Shown here: piece after piece, positions 48,696 to 58,564 of the stretch | Layout of the letters: every line of letters starts with the position of its first letter | Position numbering within the stretch: position 1 is the stretch's first letter | From: Chloroflexota bacterium | Lineage (GTDB): Bacteria > Chloroflexota > Limnocylindria > QHBO01 | Reading direction: 5' to 3' | Assembly: GCA_052388515.1 (NCBI GenBank) | Contig: JBQTHZ010000077.1 | Span: 6,351 to 70,350 of the forward strand | Length of the DNA stretch: 64,000 nucleotides | The notes under the pieces: model-generated | What the model was told of the DNA's origin: nothing | What the model saw: the letters and a program-made list of their open reading frames with translations, nothing else | Database searches by the model: none | Position numbers and translations under genes: made by a program

Positions 48696-49928
48696 ATGCC
48701 CCAGACCGATACCGGAGACACCGCCTGGCTGCTGATGAGCACGGCGCTGGTCATGCTCATGACCCCGGGCCTGGCACTCTTCTACGGCGGTCTCGTACGC
48801 CGCAAGAACGTGCTGTCCACGATCATGCACAGCTTCTTCATCCTCGGCCTGGTCAGCGTGACCTGGGTGCTGTGGGGCTACACCTTGGCCTTCGGTCCTG
48901 ACACCGGACTCGGGATCATCGGCGGCCTCGACTGGCTGGCACTGGAGGGTGTCACGGGCGAACCGTCATCGGTGTATGCCACGACGGTCCCGCACCTGGC
49001 CTTCATGGCCTTCCAGATGATGTTCGCCATCATCACGCCCGCCCTCATCAGCGGCGCCTTTGCCGAACGCAAGCGCTTCAAGGCGTTCGTCCTTTTCGCC
49101 GTCGCCTGGTCCACATTCGTGTACGCGCCGATCGCGCACTGGGTCTGGTCGCCCGACGGCTGGCTCTTCGGCCTCGGCGTCCTCGATTTCGCGGGGGGCA
49201 CGGTCGTCCACCTCTCCAGCGGGATCGCCGCCCTCGTCGCCGCCCTCTTCATCGGTCGCCGGAGCGGGCTCATCGAGCCCGCCACCGAGCCGCACGACGT
49301 TCCGATGACCGTCCTGGGCGCCGGCCTGCTCTGGTTCGGCTGGTTCGGCTTCAACGCTGGGTCGGCACTCGGGGCGAACGGGCTCGCGGCCACGGCGTTC
49401 GTCACGACCAACACCGCGGCGGCCATGGCCGCCATCACCTGGGTCACCATCAGCTGGCTCCACCGCGGGACGCCCTCGGTGCTGGGCGCCGCGATCGGCG
49501 CGGTCGCCGGCCTTGTCGCCATCACGCCGGCCGCCGGGTTCGTGACGCCTGCTGCATCCGTGCTCATCGGCCTCGGCGTGGGCGTCGTCTGCTATGGGGC
49601 AGCACAGCTCCGGCTGCGAGCCCGCGTCGACGATGCCCTCGACGTCTTCGCCGTCCATGGCGTGGGTGGCGCATTCGGCGCCCTTGCCACGGGCGTGTTC
49701 GCCACGACCGGCATCAATGCCGCCGGATTCGATGGGCTCCTTTATGGCAACCCGGGCCAGATCGTCACGCAGGTCGTCGGCGTGGCGGCCGTCGGTGCCT
49801 ACTCGGCCTTCGCCACCGGCGCCATCCTCTTCCTCGTCAACCTCGTCACGCCGATCCGGGTGGCCGGCGACGTCGAGGAGACCGGACTCGATCTCGCCCA
49901 GCACGGCGAGGTCGCCTACCAGCCCTAG
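48696..49928 (+). CDS. amt: Ammonium transporter
   Basis: About 410 aa from MPQTDTGDTAWLLMSTALVMLMTPGLALFYGG, with AGGAGC 6 nt upstream. Full Amt/MEP topology. No glnB/glnK downstream. Confidence 0.85.
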   Translation: MPQTDTGDTAWLLMSTALVMLMTPGLALFYGGLVRRKNVLSTIMHSFFILGLVSVTWVLWGYTLAFGPDTGLGIIGGLDWLALEGVTGEPSSVYATTVPHLAFMAFQMMFAIITPALISGAFAERKRFKAFVLFAVAWSTFVYAPIAHWVWSPDGWLFGLGVLDFAGGTVVHLSSGIAALVAALFIGRRSGLIEPATEPHDVPMTVLGAGLLWFGWFGFNAGSALGANGLAATAFVTTNTAAAMAAITWVTISWLHRGTPSVLGAAIGAVAGLVAITPAAGFVTPAASVLIGLGVGVVCYGAAQLRLRARVDDALDVFAVHGVGGAFGALATGVFATTGINAAGFDGLLYGNPGQIVTQVVGVAAVGAYSAFATGAILFLVNLVTPIRVAGDVEETGLDLAQHGEVAYQP

Positions 49929-49952
49929 CCAGACCGAAGGGAGAACGCACCG

Positions 49953-50171
49953 ATGGTCATCGCCGCTCTCGTCAGCTTCGCCATCCTCCTCGTCGCCTGG
50001 ATCCTTGCCCCCCAGGACGGCACGCACGAGACCTCGGCTGCCGAGGGGCATACCATCATTCCCGCGAGCGCCACGGCATCGACCCGCACCGCGGGTCTGC
50101 GGTCAATGACTCGCCGAGCGCCTCGGATCGGGCATCCAACCGCCAATCAGGGTCAGCGATTCACCGAGTGA
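49953..50171 (+). CDS. Small hypothetical membrane protein, one TM helix
   Basis: 72 aa, AAGGGAG ribosome-binding site 8 nt upstream, 24 nt after the amt stop. Coding status uncertain. Confidence 0.3.
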   Translation: MVIAALVSFAILLVAWILAPQDGTHETSAAEGHTIIPASATASTRTAGLRSMTRRAPRIGHPTANQGQRFTE

Positions 50172-50322
50172 CTGGGAGGCCAGGAATCCGGGCCGATGCG
50201 AGCGTCACGAACGCCGGCCCACGCTCGAACAGGGCGGCCGAGGGCCGTATCGGCGCCCAGGAGGTGGCCCTACAGTCAGCGGGCGTATCCATGGCAGGCG
50301 CATCGACGCGCGCCCGTGGCGC

Positions 50323-50910
50323 TCAGCTGCCGCTGGTCACCGCGTGGCCGGCACGATCGAAGAGCGAGCCCGGCTTCCAGGCGATCTCCCGATGGCGACG
50401 GTGGAGGATGCCCAGGACCTCGCGCTCCAGCCGGCGCATGCGCTCCTCCTCCTCGATCTCGGCGTGATCGTGCCCGACAAGGTGGAGCGTGCCGTGGATG
50501 GCGAGCAGGACGAGCTCCTCGACGACGCCCCAGTCGCCCTCGGCCGCCTGCCGCAGGGCCTGGTCGATGTCGATCACCACGTCGCCCAGCAGGAGGGGTC
50601 CCGGCGGCGAGACGCCGTCGTCATCGGTCAGGTGCGATTCGCGGCCGTTGAGCGCCCACTCGTGGAGGGGGAAGGAGAGGACGTCGGTCGGGCCTCGCTC
50701 GCCCATGTGGTCGAAGTTGAGCCGCTCCATCTCGGTGTCGCCGGAGAGCGTCAGCTCGACCTCGGCGTCCTCGGCGCCCACGGCCACCCGGACGGTCTCG
50801 CAGACGGCGGACTCCAGGAGGGCAAGGGCGGCGTCGGCACCGAGTGGCTCGACCGCGTTGGCGATGCGGTCGTGTCCGATGCGGTCGTGGAAGGTGACCG
50901 AGCAGCCCAT
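50323..50910 (-). CDS. ybeY: rRNA maturation endoribonuclease YbeY
   Basis: 195 aa. HGTLHLVGHDH zinc-binding motif. Confidence 0.85.
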   Translation of the reverse strand: MGCSVTFHDRIGHDRIANAVEPLGADAALALLESAVCETVRVAVGAEDAEVELTLSGDTEMERLNFDHMGERGPTDVLSFPLHEWALNGRESHLTDDDGVSPPGPLLLGDVVIDIDQALRQAAEGDWGVVEELVLLAIHGTLHLVGHDHAEIEEEERMRRLEREVLGILHRRHREIAWKPGSLFDRAGHAVTSGS

Positions 50911-50962
50911 GGTGGGACCATCCTAGTCGCCCGGGCACCCGCGACTCAAGCGCGAGAGGGAG

Positions 50963-53074
50963 TCATGCCTGCTCGCGCAGATGATCCATCGGGACAACGT
51001 TGTCCGGATACTTGATCCGGGAGTGGTACATCCCGAGCAGCTGGCCGACGAAGGCGTCCTTGATCTGGCTGATGTTCTTGAGGGTCAGCTCCGCGTCGTC
51101 GAGCTGGCCGTCCTCGACCCTGGCATCCACGATCCGGTCGACCATGCCGCGAATGCTCTCCTCGTCCTTCTCGTCCAGGGAGCGGACAGAGGCTTCCACG
51201 CCGTCGGCCAGCATGATGATCGCCGCCTCCCGGCCCTGCGGTTTGGGTCCGGGGTAGCGATAGGTCGCGTCATCCACCAGGTCCTCGCGGCCGCCGACCT
51301 CGCGCAGCGCCTTCTGGTGGAAGTAGGTCATGACGCCCGTCCCGTGATGCTGCGGAATGTAGCCGATGACCTGCACCGGCAGGCCATGCTCATAGGCGAG
51401 GTCGATGCCATCGCGGATGTGGCCGCCGATGATCCGGGCGCTCGTCTCGGCGCTCAGGTCGTCATGGATGTTGTGCGCGCCGCCCTGGTTCTCGATGAAG
51501 GCGAGTGGATTTTTCATCTTGCCGATGTCGTGGTAGTAGGCAGCCACACGCGCAAGCAGCGGATCGGCGCCGATCGTCTCCGCAGCGCGCTCGGCGAGGT
51601 TGCCGACCATCACGCTGTGGTGGTAGGTGCCGGGCGTCTCGAGGAGCAGCCGACGAAGGAGCCGATTCGAGGGGTTGGCCAGCTCGAGGAGCTGGAAGAC
51701 GGTCATGATCCCGAACACATTACCCAGCATCGCGAAGCTGCCGACCGCGAGGATCACGGACAGGAAGGCGTTCACCAGGCCGATGCCGCCCAGCTGCAGC
51801 ACAGCGGCGAGGTCGCGCTGGCCGAGCAGGCTGAAGGCGGTGACCACGGCAATGTTGGTCACCGACACCGCGGCGAAGACCCGCACGAATGCATTGAGCC
51901 GCTCGGCGCGCGTGATGGTCAGGAGCGCCACGACACCACCGGCCAGGACGTAGACGGCGGGCTCGAGCGCATCCCGGTTCATGACGCCGGCGAGCACGGC
52001 GAGGCCGCCGGCCATCGCCACCCCGGCGGAGTTGCGCAGCAGGATGCCGACGAGAAGCACGGTCGCAGCGGTGGGGACGGCGAAGGCCCACAGCGTCCGA
52101 TCGGCCGCGATGCGGATCGCGACCGCGGAAACGACCAGGGCCAGGAAGAAGAGCAGCACGGATCGATTGCGGTGCCAGATCTCGGGCTCGAACCGCAGCA
52201 GATAGCCCACCAGCAGCGCTGCCACGAGCGTGGCGATCAGTGCATTTCCCACGACCGTCCCAGCCTGGACGCGTGGACGCGTCAGTCCGAGCTCCTCGAG
52301 CTTCTCGATGTCCCCGACGGTCAGGACCTGGCCCTCGGCCACGATCGTCTCGCCGGCCTTGACCTCGACCTCGACCAGCGGCACCTCGGCCCGAGCCTGG
52401 GCTCGCGCGTCCTCCGTCAGCTCGTTGCTGATGACGACGTTCGCCTCGATGAGCGACGCCGCGAGATCGCCCGCGAGATCGCGCTCCGTCTCCTCGAGAT
52501 CGTTGGTGATGAGGTCACGCACCGCGGTCCGGACGCTGGCCAGCTCGTCCTCCCGAATCGAGCCCGCGAGCGTCGACTCGATGGCACTCCTCGAAGCGCC
52601 TGCCACCACCTCCCAGCGCGGCACGGACATCCCGGCGACGAGCTCCCGATGCATCGCGGGAATCTCCGGTGCGTCGCTGGCGAGCCTCGCGCTCACCTCA
52701 TCTGCCACGAGGGTCCCACGATCTCGCAGCTCCAACATGCGAGTCACGGGATTGACGATCCGCTCGAACGCGCTGAGCTGATCCTCCTGGTTGTCGGCGG
52801 GCGGCTCGATGATCTCGGTCACGTCCTGCACGCCGGCGGCGGCCTCCGCCCGCGCGGCGTCGGTTTCGCTGGCCGAGTCGAAGATGACGTCGCGCGGGGC
52901 GCGAATATCGCGCTCGGCGACCTGGCCGGCCTCGAGGTTTTCCTGGCCGAGGGTGATGTTGGCCGACAGGATCAGGAAGAGCGACGCGGCCACGACGGCG
53001 GCCACCGCCACGGCCCGCCACGCCGTGGCGTTCGGTCCGTTGCCGGTCTCGCTGAGCGTCCGCGGAATGAACAT
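50963..53074 (-). CDS. pgpH: 7TM-receptor HD-domain phosphohydrolase (PgpH/YqfF-type, c-di-AMP phosphodiesterase family)
   Basis: 703 aa. Extracellular 7TMR-HDED domain, seven TM helices, cytoplasmic HD domain (YYHDIGK...HH). Confidence 0.75.
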   Translation of the reverse strand: MFIPRTLSETGNGPNATAWRAVAVAAVVAASLFLILSANITLGQENLEAGQVAERDIRAPRDVIFDSASETDAARAEAAAGVQDVTEIIEPPADNQEDQLSAFERIVNPVTRMLELRDRGTLVADEVSARLASDAPEIPAMHRELVAGMSVPRWEVVAGASRSAIESTLAGSIREDELASVRTAVRDLITNDLEETERDLAGDLAASLIEANVVISNELTEDARAQARAEVPLVEVEVKAGETIVAEGQVLTVGDIEKLEELGLTRPRVQAGTVVGNALIATLVAALLVGYLLRFEPEIWHRNRSVLLFFLALVVSAVAIRIAADRTLWAFAVPTAATVLLVGILLRNSAGVAMAGGLAVLAGVMNRDALEPAVYVLAGGVVALLTITRAERLNAFVRVFAAVSVTNIAVVTAFSLLGQRDLAAVLQLGGIGLVNAFLSVILAVGSFAMLGNVFGIMTVFQLLELANPSNRLLRRLLLETPGTYHHSVMVGNLAERAAETIGADPLLARVAAYYHDIGKMKNPLAFIENQGGAHNIHDDLSAETSARIIGGHIRDGIDLAYEHGLPVQVIGYIPQHHGTGVMTYFHQKALREVGGREDLVDDATYRYPGPKPQGREAAIIMLADGVEASVRSLDEKDEESIRGMVDRIVDARVEDGQLDDAELTLKNISQIKDAFVGQLLGMYHSRIKYPDNVVPMDHLREQA

Positions 53075-53080
53075 CGGCGC

Positions 53081-53551
53081 TTATCCGGCCAGCAGGCGGC
53101 GGACGACCTCGCTCACCAACCGCCCATCCGCGCGGCCCTTCGTCTGCGGCGCGACGCGGCCCATCACCCGGCCGAGATCGGCAGGCGAGGTGGCACCCGT
53201 CTCGGCAATCGCGGCATGAACGAGCGAGGTGACCTCGTGCTCGGTGAGCGGCCGGGGGAGGAACTCGGCAAGGATCGCTGCCTCGGCCTCTTCGGCGACG
53301 GCGCGCTCCTCGCGACCGGCGTCGCGGAACATGGCGATGCTCTCGCGGCGCTGCTTGACCTGCTTGGTGAGCACGTCGACGACGTCCTCGTCGGTCAGGT
53401 CCCGACCGCGAGCGATCTTCACGTTGTGAGCGGCCGCCATGACCATCCGCAGCGTCTGGGTGCGCTGCTCGTCCCGTGCACGCATTGCGTCACGCATTGA
53501 CGACTCGATCCTGTCCGAGAGGGTCACGGCGGCATCGGTATCCGGCGTCAT
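53081..53551 (-). CDS. yqeY: GatB/YqeY domain protein
   Basis: 156 aa, typical YqeY sequence. Confidence 0.8.
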   Translation of the reverse strand: MTPDTDAAVTLSDRIESSMRDAMRARDEQRTQTLRMVMAAAHNVKIARGRDLTDEDVVDVLTKQVKQRRESIAMFRDAGREERAVAEEAEAAILAEFLPRPLTEHEVTSLVHAAIAETGATSPADLGRVMGRVAPQTKGRADGRLVSEVVRRLLAG

Positions 53552-53606
53552 CGGTCTCGAGGTTCCTCCGCTGCGCCGGCTGTGCTGGGTTGAGGCTGGC
53601 GTCTGG

Positions 53607-53786
53607 CTAGGCGCGCGAGGTTGCCTTTCGCTTCTTGGCTTCCTTGCGCTTTCGCTTCACGCTGGGCTTCTCGTAGTGCTCGCGGCGTCGTGCCTCAGCC
53701 AGGATTCCCGACTGCTGAATCTTCTTGTTGAATCGACGCAGCGCGCTCTCGAATGTCTCGTTCTCGCCCACGCGGACTTCTGCCAA
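53607..53786 (-). CDS. rpsU: 30S ribosomal protein S21
   Basis: 59 aa from a TTG start (M)[47 protein letters not shown] sits 7 nt upstream. The track ORF is extended upstream. Confidence 0.8.
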   Translation of the reverse strand: MAEVRVGENETFESALRRFNKKIQQSGILAEARRREHYEKPSVKRKRKEAKKRKATSRA

Positions 53787-54072
53787 ACGTCTCGCCTCCT
53801 TCCCGCTTCGAATTTCGTGCCGATTGCATGGCGGATCGACCCGCCGGGCACGCAAGCCGGTGCAGGGTAGCAGCGGGACCCGGGCCGGTCAATTGGGTCC
53901 CCGCGCCGCAGTTCGCCACGGCTGATCACGCCGATTTGCCGGCCCAGCAACTAACGACGGCTGAGGGGCCGATCAGTTGTCGCCTGGTGCGCCACTGGCA
54001 ACGGGCGTCGACGAGACCGGCCGGATGGCGCCTTCCGTTGCAGATAGTTGCCTGCCCAGCAAATCCACCGAG

Positions 54073-54423
54073 TCAGCCGGGCGGCCAGCTCATCGAGCGT
54101 CCACCGAGCAGGTGGAGATGAAGATGGAAGACGCTTTGGCCAGCTCCAGCACCGACGTTAGACACGATCCGGTAGTCGCTGAGCCCGTCGTCGGTGGCCA
54201 CGCGGCGGAGCGCACCGAGGAGCGCGGCCAATAGAGGACCGTCCTGGTCCCCGAGATCGGCGACCGAGGCAACATGTCGCCTCGGGATCGCAAGTACGTG
54301 GGTAGGCGCCTGCGGATTGATGTCCCGAAAGACGATGACCTCGTCATCCTCGTGAACGAGGTCTGACGGGATCTCGCCCGACACGATCTTGCAGAACAGG
54401 CAGTCCGGATCACGCTCGTCCAT
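54073..54423 (-). CDS. HIT-family histidine triad protein
   Basis: 116 aa. HLHLHLL histidine triad. Confidence 0.8.
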   Translation of the reverse strand: MDERDPDCLFCKIVSGEIPSDLVHEDDEVIVFRDINPQAPTHVLAIPRRHVASVADLGDQDGPLLAALLGALRRVATDDGLSDYRIVSNVGAGAGQSVFHLHLHLLGGRSMSWPPG

Positions 54424-54432
54424 GCATGGAGC

Positions 54433-55122
54433 CTAGGCGAAGTCACCGGTGCGCGACAAGATGACCGCGGCTGCGGCCACGGCCACCGTCTGCGATCGCA
54501 GAATCCGCGGGCCGAGCCCCGCAACCGTCAGGCCGGCCCTCCTCGCAGCCTGCACCTCGGCCGGACCGAAGCCTCCTTCGGGACCGATGATGACGCTCGG
54601 CGGCGGCACCAGGCTGCGCAACCGGGCACCATCGTGGCGCTCGTAGAGCAGGACCGCTCCGGGAACGAACGTTTCGGCCAATGGCACCGGCGCCTCGATG
54701 GATGGCACGATCCCGCGCTCTGATTGTTCCGCCGCTTCGCGGATGATCGCGCGAAGGCGTTCCAGCCTGCGGGCCGAGATCTCGCGCGCGACGCAGCGCT
54801 CCGTAACGATGAGCCGGACCGCGACGACGCCGATCTCGGTCGCGTGCTGGACAACCTCCTCGAGCGCATCGCCCTTGAGCAGGGCCTGGGCAATCGTGAG
54901 CCGATGCCGGGGCTCGCTCGCCACCGGACCCCGCTCCTCGACCACGCAATCGGGACCCGCCAGGCGACAGACGGCCTGCGTCCCGTCGCCGGGAAGCAGC
55001 ACCAGTCGGTCGCCATCGGTCAGGCGCAGCACCTTGCGCACCTGCCGCTCGATGGAAGCCGGCAGCGACACGCGGTCACCCGCCAGCGACTCCGGGGCGA
55101 CGAAGAACCGATGCAGCGTCAT
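54433..55122 (-). CDS. rsmE: 16S rRNA (uracil1498-N3)-methyltransferase
   Basis: Start MTLHRFFV. RsmE family. The ATG overlaps the prmA stop (ATGA). Confidence 0.8.
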   Translation of the reverse strand: MTLHRFFVAPESLAGDRVSLPASIERQVRKVLRLTDGDRLVLLPGDGTQAVCRLAGPDCVVEERGPVASEPRHRLTIAQALLKGDALEEVVQHATEIGVVAVRLIVTERCVAREISARRLERLRAIIREAAEQSERGIVPSIEAPVPLAETFVPGAVLLYERHDGARLRSLVPPPSVIIGPEGGFGPAEVQAARRAGLTVAGLGPRILRSQTVAVAAAAVILSRTGDFA

Positions 55123-56027
55123 GCGTCGTGCTCGAGACGCAGCGACACCCACTCGCCGTCATCTCGTCGCTCGACCACGCGCAGGCCGGCGGCGGCCAGC
55201 GCCTCGATGACCTCCGTCGCGCGTTGCTCGATGATGCCGCCGGCCAGCAGCGTGCCGCCGAGTGCCAGGTGCCGCGCCAGCGGCTGCGCCAACCTCTTCA
55301 GCATCGCGGCCACGAGATTGGCGAGGACGAGCGGATAGCGTTCGTCGGCCACGGCCGGCAGGGTGCCATCGCGCACCTCGAAGCGATCGGCCAGGCCGTT
55401 GCGTTCAGCGTTCTCGGCCGACGCGGTCACGGCCAGCGCATCAGTGTCCATTCCGACGGCGTTCGCCGCGCCCAGCCGCAGCGCGGCCAGGGCCAGGATG
55501 CCCGAGCCGCAGCCGACGTCGAGCACGCGCTCCGGCATCGGCCTCAGCGCCTGGAGCAGCTCGAGGCAACGACGCGTCGTCGGGTGCAGGCCGGTTCCGA
55601 ACGCCATGCCCGGGTCGAGCGTGATGGCGACCTCCTCGGGTCCGAGGTCCTCGTCAGCCCACGAGGGCACGATCACGACCCGGCCGATGCGCTGCGCGAC
55701 ATAGTGCTCCTTCCAGGCATCGCTCCACGTCGCGTCGTCAACGGTGCGAACGCGCAATGGGCCCACCGGTCGCAGGCCGAAGGCCTGGAGGTGCCACAGC
55801 GCGCGCTCGGTGGACTCGACCTTGTCTGCCGCATCGGGCGCATCCGCGAGGTGAGCCGTGATCACATAGGGCGCGATCGGGTCCTCGCGTGCCGCGAGCT
55901 CGTCCTCGGGATCACGAATCAGCCGCGTCGGACGGACGGCAGTGCCATCGCTGATCCGTCCGAGGATCTCGCTGACCGCCTCGATGGCTTCGACGTCGGC
56001 CTCGACGCTCAGCTCCAGCCAGCGCAT
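55119..56027 (-). CDS. prmA: Ribosomal protein L11 methyltransferase
   Basis: Start MRWLELSVEADVEA. SAM-binding VLDVGCGSGILA. The 54 residues before it in the track ORF are artifact. Confidence 0.8.
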   Translation of the reverse strand: MRWLELSVEADVEAIEAVSEILGRISDGTAVRPTRLIRDPEDELAAREDPIAPYVITAHLADAPDAADKVESTERALWHLQAFGLRPVGPLRVRTVDDATWSDAWKEHYVAQRIGRVVIVPSWADEDLGPEEVAITLDPGMAFGTGLHPTTRRCLELLQALRPMPERVLDVGCGSGILALAALRLGAANAVGMDTDALAVTASAENAERNGLADRFEVRDGTLPAVADERYPLVLANLVAAMLKRLAQPLARHLALGGTLLAGGIIEQRATEVIEALAAAGLRVVERRDDGEWVSLRLEHDA

Positions 56028-56031
56028 CGGC

Positions 56032-57159
56032 TCAGCTGAAGAGATCGCGCAGGCGATCGAACACCGTGCTGCCGCCCTTCGGGAGCACCGCGGGACCGCT
56101 CGCCTCCCCGAGCTCGCGAAGAAGCTCGCGTTCACGCTTCGAGAGCTTGGTGGGCACGACGACATTGACGATGACGTGCAGGTCGCCACGCCCGGCGCCC
56201 CGCAGGCGTGGGACGCCCCTGCCCTTCAGCCGGATCTCGTGTCCGGACTGCGCGCCGGAGGGGACCTCGACCTCCTCGTGATCCTCGACGGTCGGGACTG
56301 TCAGCGTTGCGCCCAGTGCGGCCTGCGGAAAGGTGATCGGCAGCTCGTGGTAGAGCTCGGTGCCGCGTCGCATGAGCTGCGGGTGGTCGCGGACCGCGAT
56401 CGCCACGTACAGGTCGCCATTCGGGCCGCCGCGCGGGCCGGCCTCGCCCTGCCCTTCGAGGGCAATCCGCTGCCCGTCGTCGATGCCGGCCGGGATGCTG
56501 ACCGCGACCGTCCGCTCTTCGCGGATCCGCCCGTCGCCGGCGCACACGGTGCACGGCGTGGCGATGATGCGTCCCTCCCCCCGACATCGTGTGCAGGCCA
56601 CGATGTTGACCATCTGGCCCAGGATCGTCTGCGCCACCCGACGCTTCTCACCGCTGCCGTTGCATTCCGGGCAGGTCTCGGGCTCGGTGCCCGGCTCACC
56701 GCCGGCACCGTCGCAATGCGCGCAGGTCACGAGCGTTGCGAAGCTGATCTCCTTCGTGACGCCGAAGACCGCCTCTGCGAAGTCGATGGTCAGGTCGTAG
56801 CGCAGGTCCGCGCCGGCAACGACTCGCGCCCGCCGTCGCGCGCCCGCCGGCGCACCGCCGAAGAACGCGTCGAAGATGTCGCCGAACGGGCCGAACCCAC
56901 CGCCGAACCCCTCTCCCCCACCCGCCGCCGCACCTTCGACGCCGGCGTGGCCGAACATGTCGTACGCGGAGCGTCGCTGCCTGTCGGACAGGATCCGGTA
57001 CGCCTCATTGAGCTCCTTGAAACGTTGCTCGGCGCCGTCGTCCTTGTCGATGTCGGGATGGTGCTGCTGCGCAAGGCGCCGGAAGGCACGCTTGATCTCG
57101 GCGTCGTCCGCATCCCGGCCGACGCCCAGCACGTCGTAGTAATCACGCTTCACGGCCAT
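56032..57159 (-). CDS. dnaJ: Molecular chaperone DnaJ
   Basis: Start MAVKRDYYDVLGV (J domain, HPD), G/F region, four CxxCxGxG zinc-finger repeats, C-terminal domain. Confidence 0.9.
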   Translation of the reverse strand: MAVKRDYYDVLGVGRDADDAEIKRAFRRLAQQHHPDIDKDDGAEQRFKELNEAYRILSDRQRRSAYDMFGHAGVEGAAAGGGEGFGGGFGPFGDIFDAFFGGAPAGARRRARVVAGADLRYDLTIDFAEAVFGVTKEISFATLVTCAHCDGAGGEPGTEPETCPECNGSGEKRRVAQTILGQMVNIVACTRCRGEGRIIATPCTVCAGDGRIREERTVAVSIPAGIDDGQRIALEGQGEAGPRGGPNGDLYVAIAVRDHPQLMRRGTELYHELPITFPQAALGATLTVPTVEDHEEVEVPSGAQSGHEIRLKGRGVPRLRGAGRGDLHVIVNVVVPTKLSKRERELLRELGEASGPAVLPKGGSTVFDRLRDLFS

Positions 57160-57179
57160 GGCGGGCAGGATCATACCAA

Positions 57180-57206
57180 TTGGCACTCGCCACGTGCGAG
57201 TGCCAG
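57180..57206. promoter_or_regulatory. CIRCE operator (HrcA binding site) upstream of dnaJ
   Basis: TTGGCACTC-N9-GAGTGCCAG, one mismatch from the consensus TTAGCACTC-N9-GAGTGCTAA. Lies 21 nt upstream of the dnaJ ATG. Confidence 0.7.
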
Positions 57207-57311
57207 CCAGAACACGCCGCCGCGTGCCCATCGATGTATCGAGCGGCAAGCCATGACCGGCTTGGGATTTCCTGCCATGATCCGTCAGGAACCTCGGCTA
57301 CGATCGTGCTG

Positions 57312-58559
57312 ATGCCGACCCTTCAGATCTCCGCCGATCACGCGCGGCGCTTCCTCGTCAGCAGGCACCTCCTCGCGCCGCCGCGCGCGCTTCCGGCGGA
57401 GCCGGCATCGGTCCTGGCAGCGGTGGAGCGTCTCGGCAGCCTGCAGTTCGACCCGCTCGAAGTGCCCGGCGCACGCAACCACGACCTCGTGCTCCACGCG
57501 CGGGTCGCCGGCTACGAGCGAGTGTGGTGCGAAGCGTGGCTGTATGGCCCGGATCGGCGCTTGATCGAGCTCTACAACAAGAGCCTCAACCTGCTGCCGA
57601 TGCACGAGCTGCCGCACTACCGGGTCGGCTGGCAGCGCAACCTGGCGAGCATCGACAACGGCATCCTCAAGGAGCAGTCACCCGTCGCCGAGGCGATCCT
57701 GCGTCGCCTCAGGGCGGATGGACCGCTTTCCACCGCCGCATTCAGCGAGCACGGCCACGCCGTCGACTGGTGGTGGGCACCCACCCGCGCCAGCCGCGCC
57801 GTGATGGAGGCGTTGTTCGTGACGGGGCGCATCGGCATCTCGCGTCGCGACGGCAACCGGCGCTACTACGACCTCATGGAGCGACTCGTGCCCGCCGCGC
57901 TGCTGAAGGTGCAGGAGTCGGAGGAGGACGCCATGACCCACCGCCTCCTGAGCCGATTCCGCGCGACCGGCATGACGACGCCGGTCGGGACGCAGAGCGA
58001 GGTGATGTACAGCGCCGGCTCGGGCGCGGAGCGCGTCGCCAGAACGGCGCGCCTCGTGGAGACCGGTGAGCTGCTGCCGATCGCGGTCGAGGGACTCAAG
58101 GGCAACCGCTACATCATCGCCGCCGAGGAGTCGATCCTGGACGCAACCGCCGACGCAACCGCATCGCCCGCGCCGGCCGCGACCTTCCTGGCACCGCTCG
58201 ACCCGCTCGTCTGGGATCGGCGCATGCTGCGCGAGCTGTGGGGATTCGACTACCTGTGGGAGGTCTACGTCCCGCAGGCGAAGCGCAAGTGGGGCTACTA
58301 CGTACTGCCGATCATGTACGGCGACCGGTTCGTCGGGCGCATCGAGCCGCGTCTCGATCGGAAGGCGAAGACCCTGCAGATCCTCGGTCTCTGGTTCGAG
58401 GCCGGCTTCGAGCCGATGGCGTCGCCGGGCTTTATCGGCGCCCTCCACGAAGCCATCGAGGCGTATCGGTCATTCGTCGGCGCCACCAAGGTGGTCTGGC
58501 CTCGGAAGCGCCCAGGGCCCGACGTTGCCAAGGCCCTGAAGCGCGCGTCAGCCGCCTGA
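57312..58559 (+). CDS. Winged-helix DNA-binding protein, YcaQ/AlkZ family (DUF1006; candidate crosslink-repair DNA glycosylase)
   Basis: About 415 aa from MPTLQISADHARRFLVSRHLL. Family-level similarity. Divergent from dnaJ. Confidence 0.6.
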   Translation: MPTLQISADHARRFLVSRHLLAPPRALPAEPASVLAAVERLGSLQFDPLEVPGARNHDLVLHARVAGYERVWCEAWLYGPDRRLIELYNKSLNLLPMHELPHYRVGWQRNLASIDNGILKEQSPVAEAILRRLRADGPLSTAAFSEHGHAVDWWWAPTRASRAVMEALFVTGRIGISRRDGNRRYYDLMERLVPAALLKVQESEEDAMTHRLLSRFRATGMTTPVGTQSEVMYSAGSGAERVARTARLVETGELLPIAVEGLKGNRYIIAAEESILDATADATASPAPAATFLAPLDPLVWDRRMLRELWGFDYLWEVYVPQAKRKWGYYVLPIMYGDRFVGRIEPRLDRKAKTLQILGLWFEAGFEPMASPGFIGALHEAIEAYRSFVGATKVVWPRKRPGPDVAKALKRASAA

Positions 58560-58564
58560 TCGCG

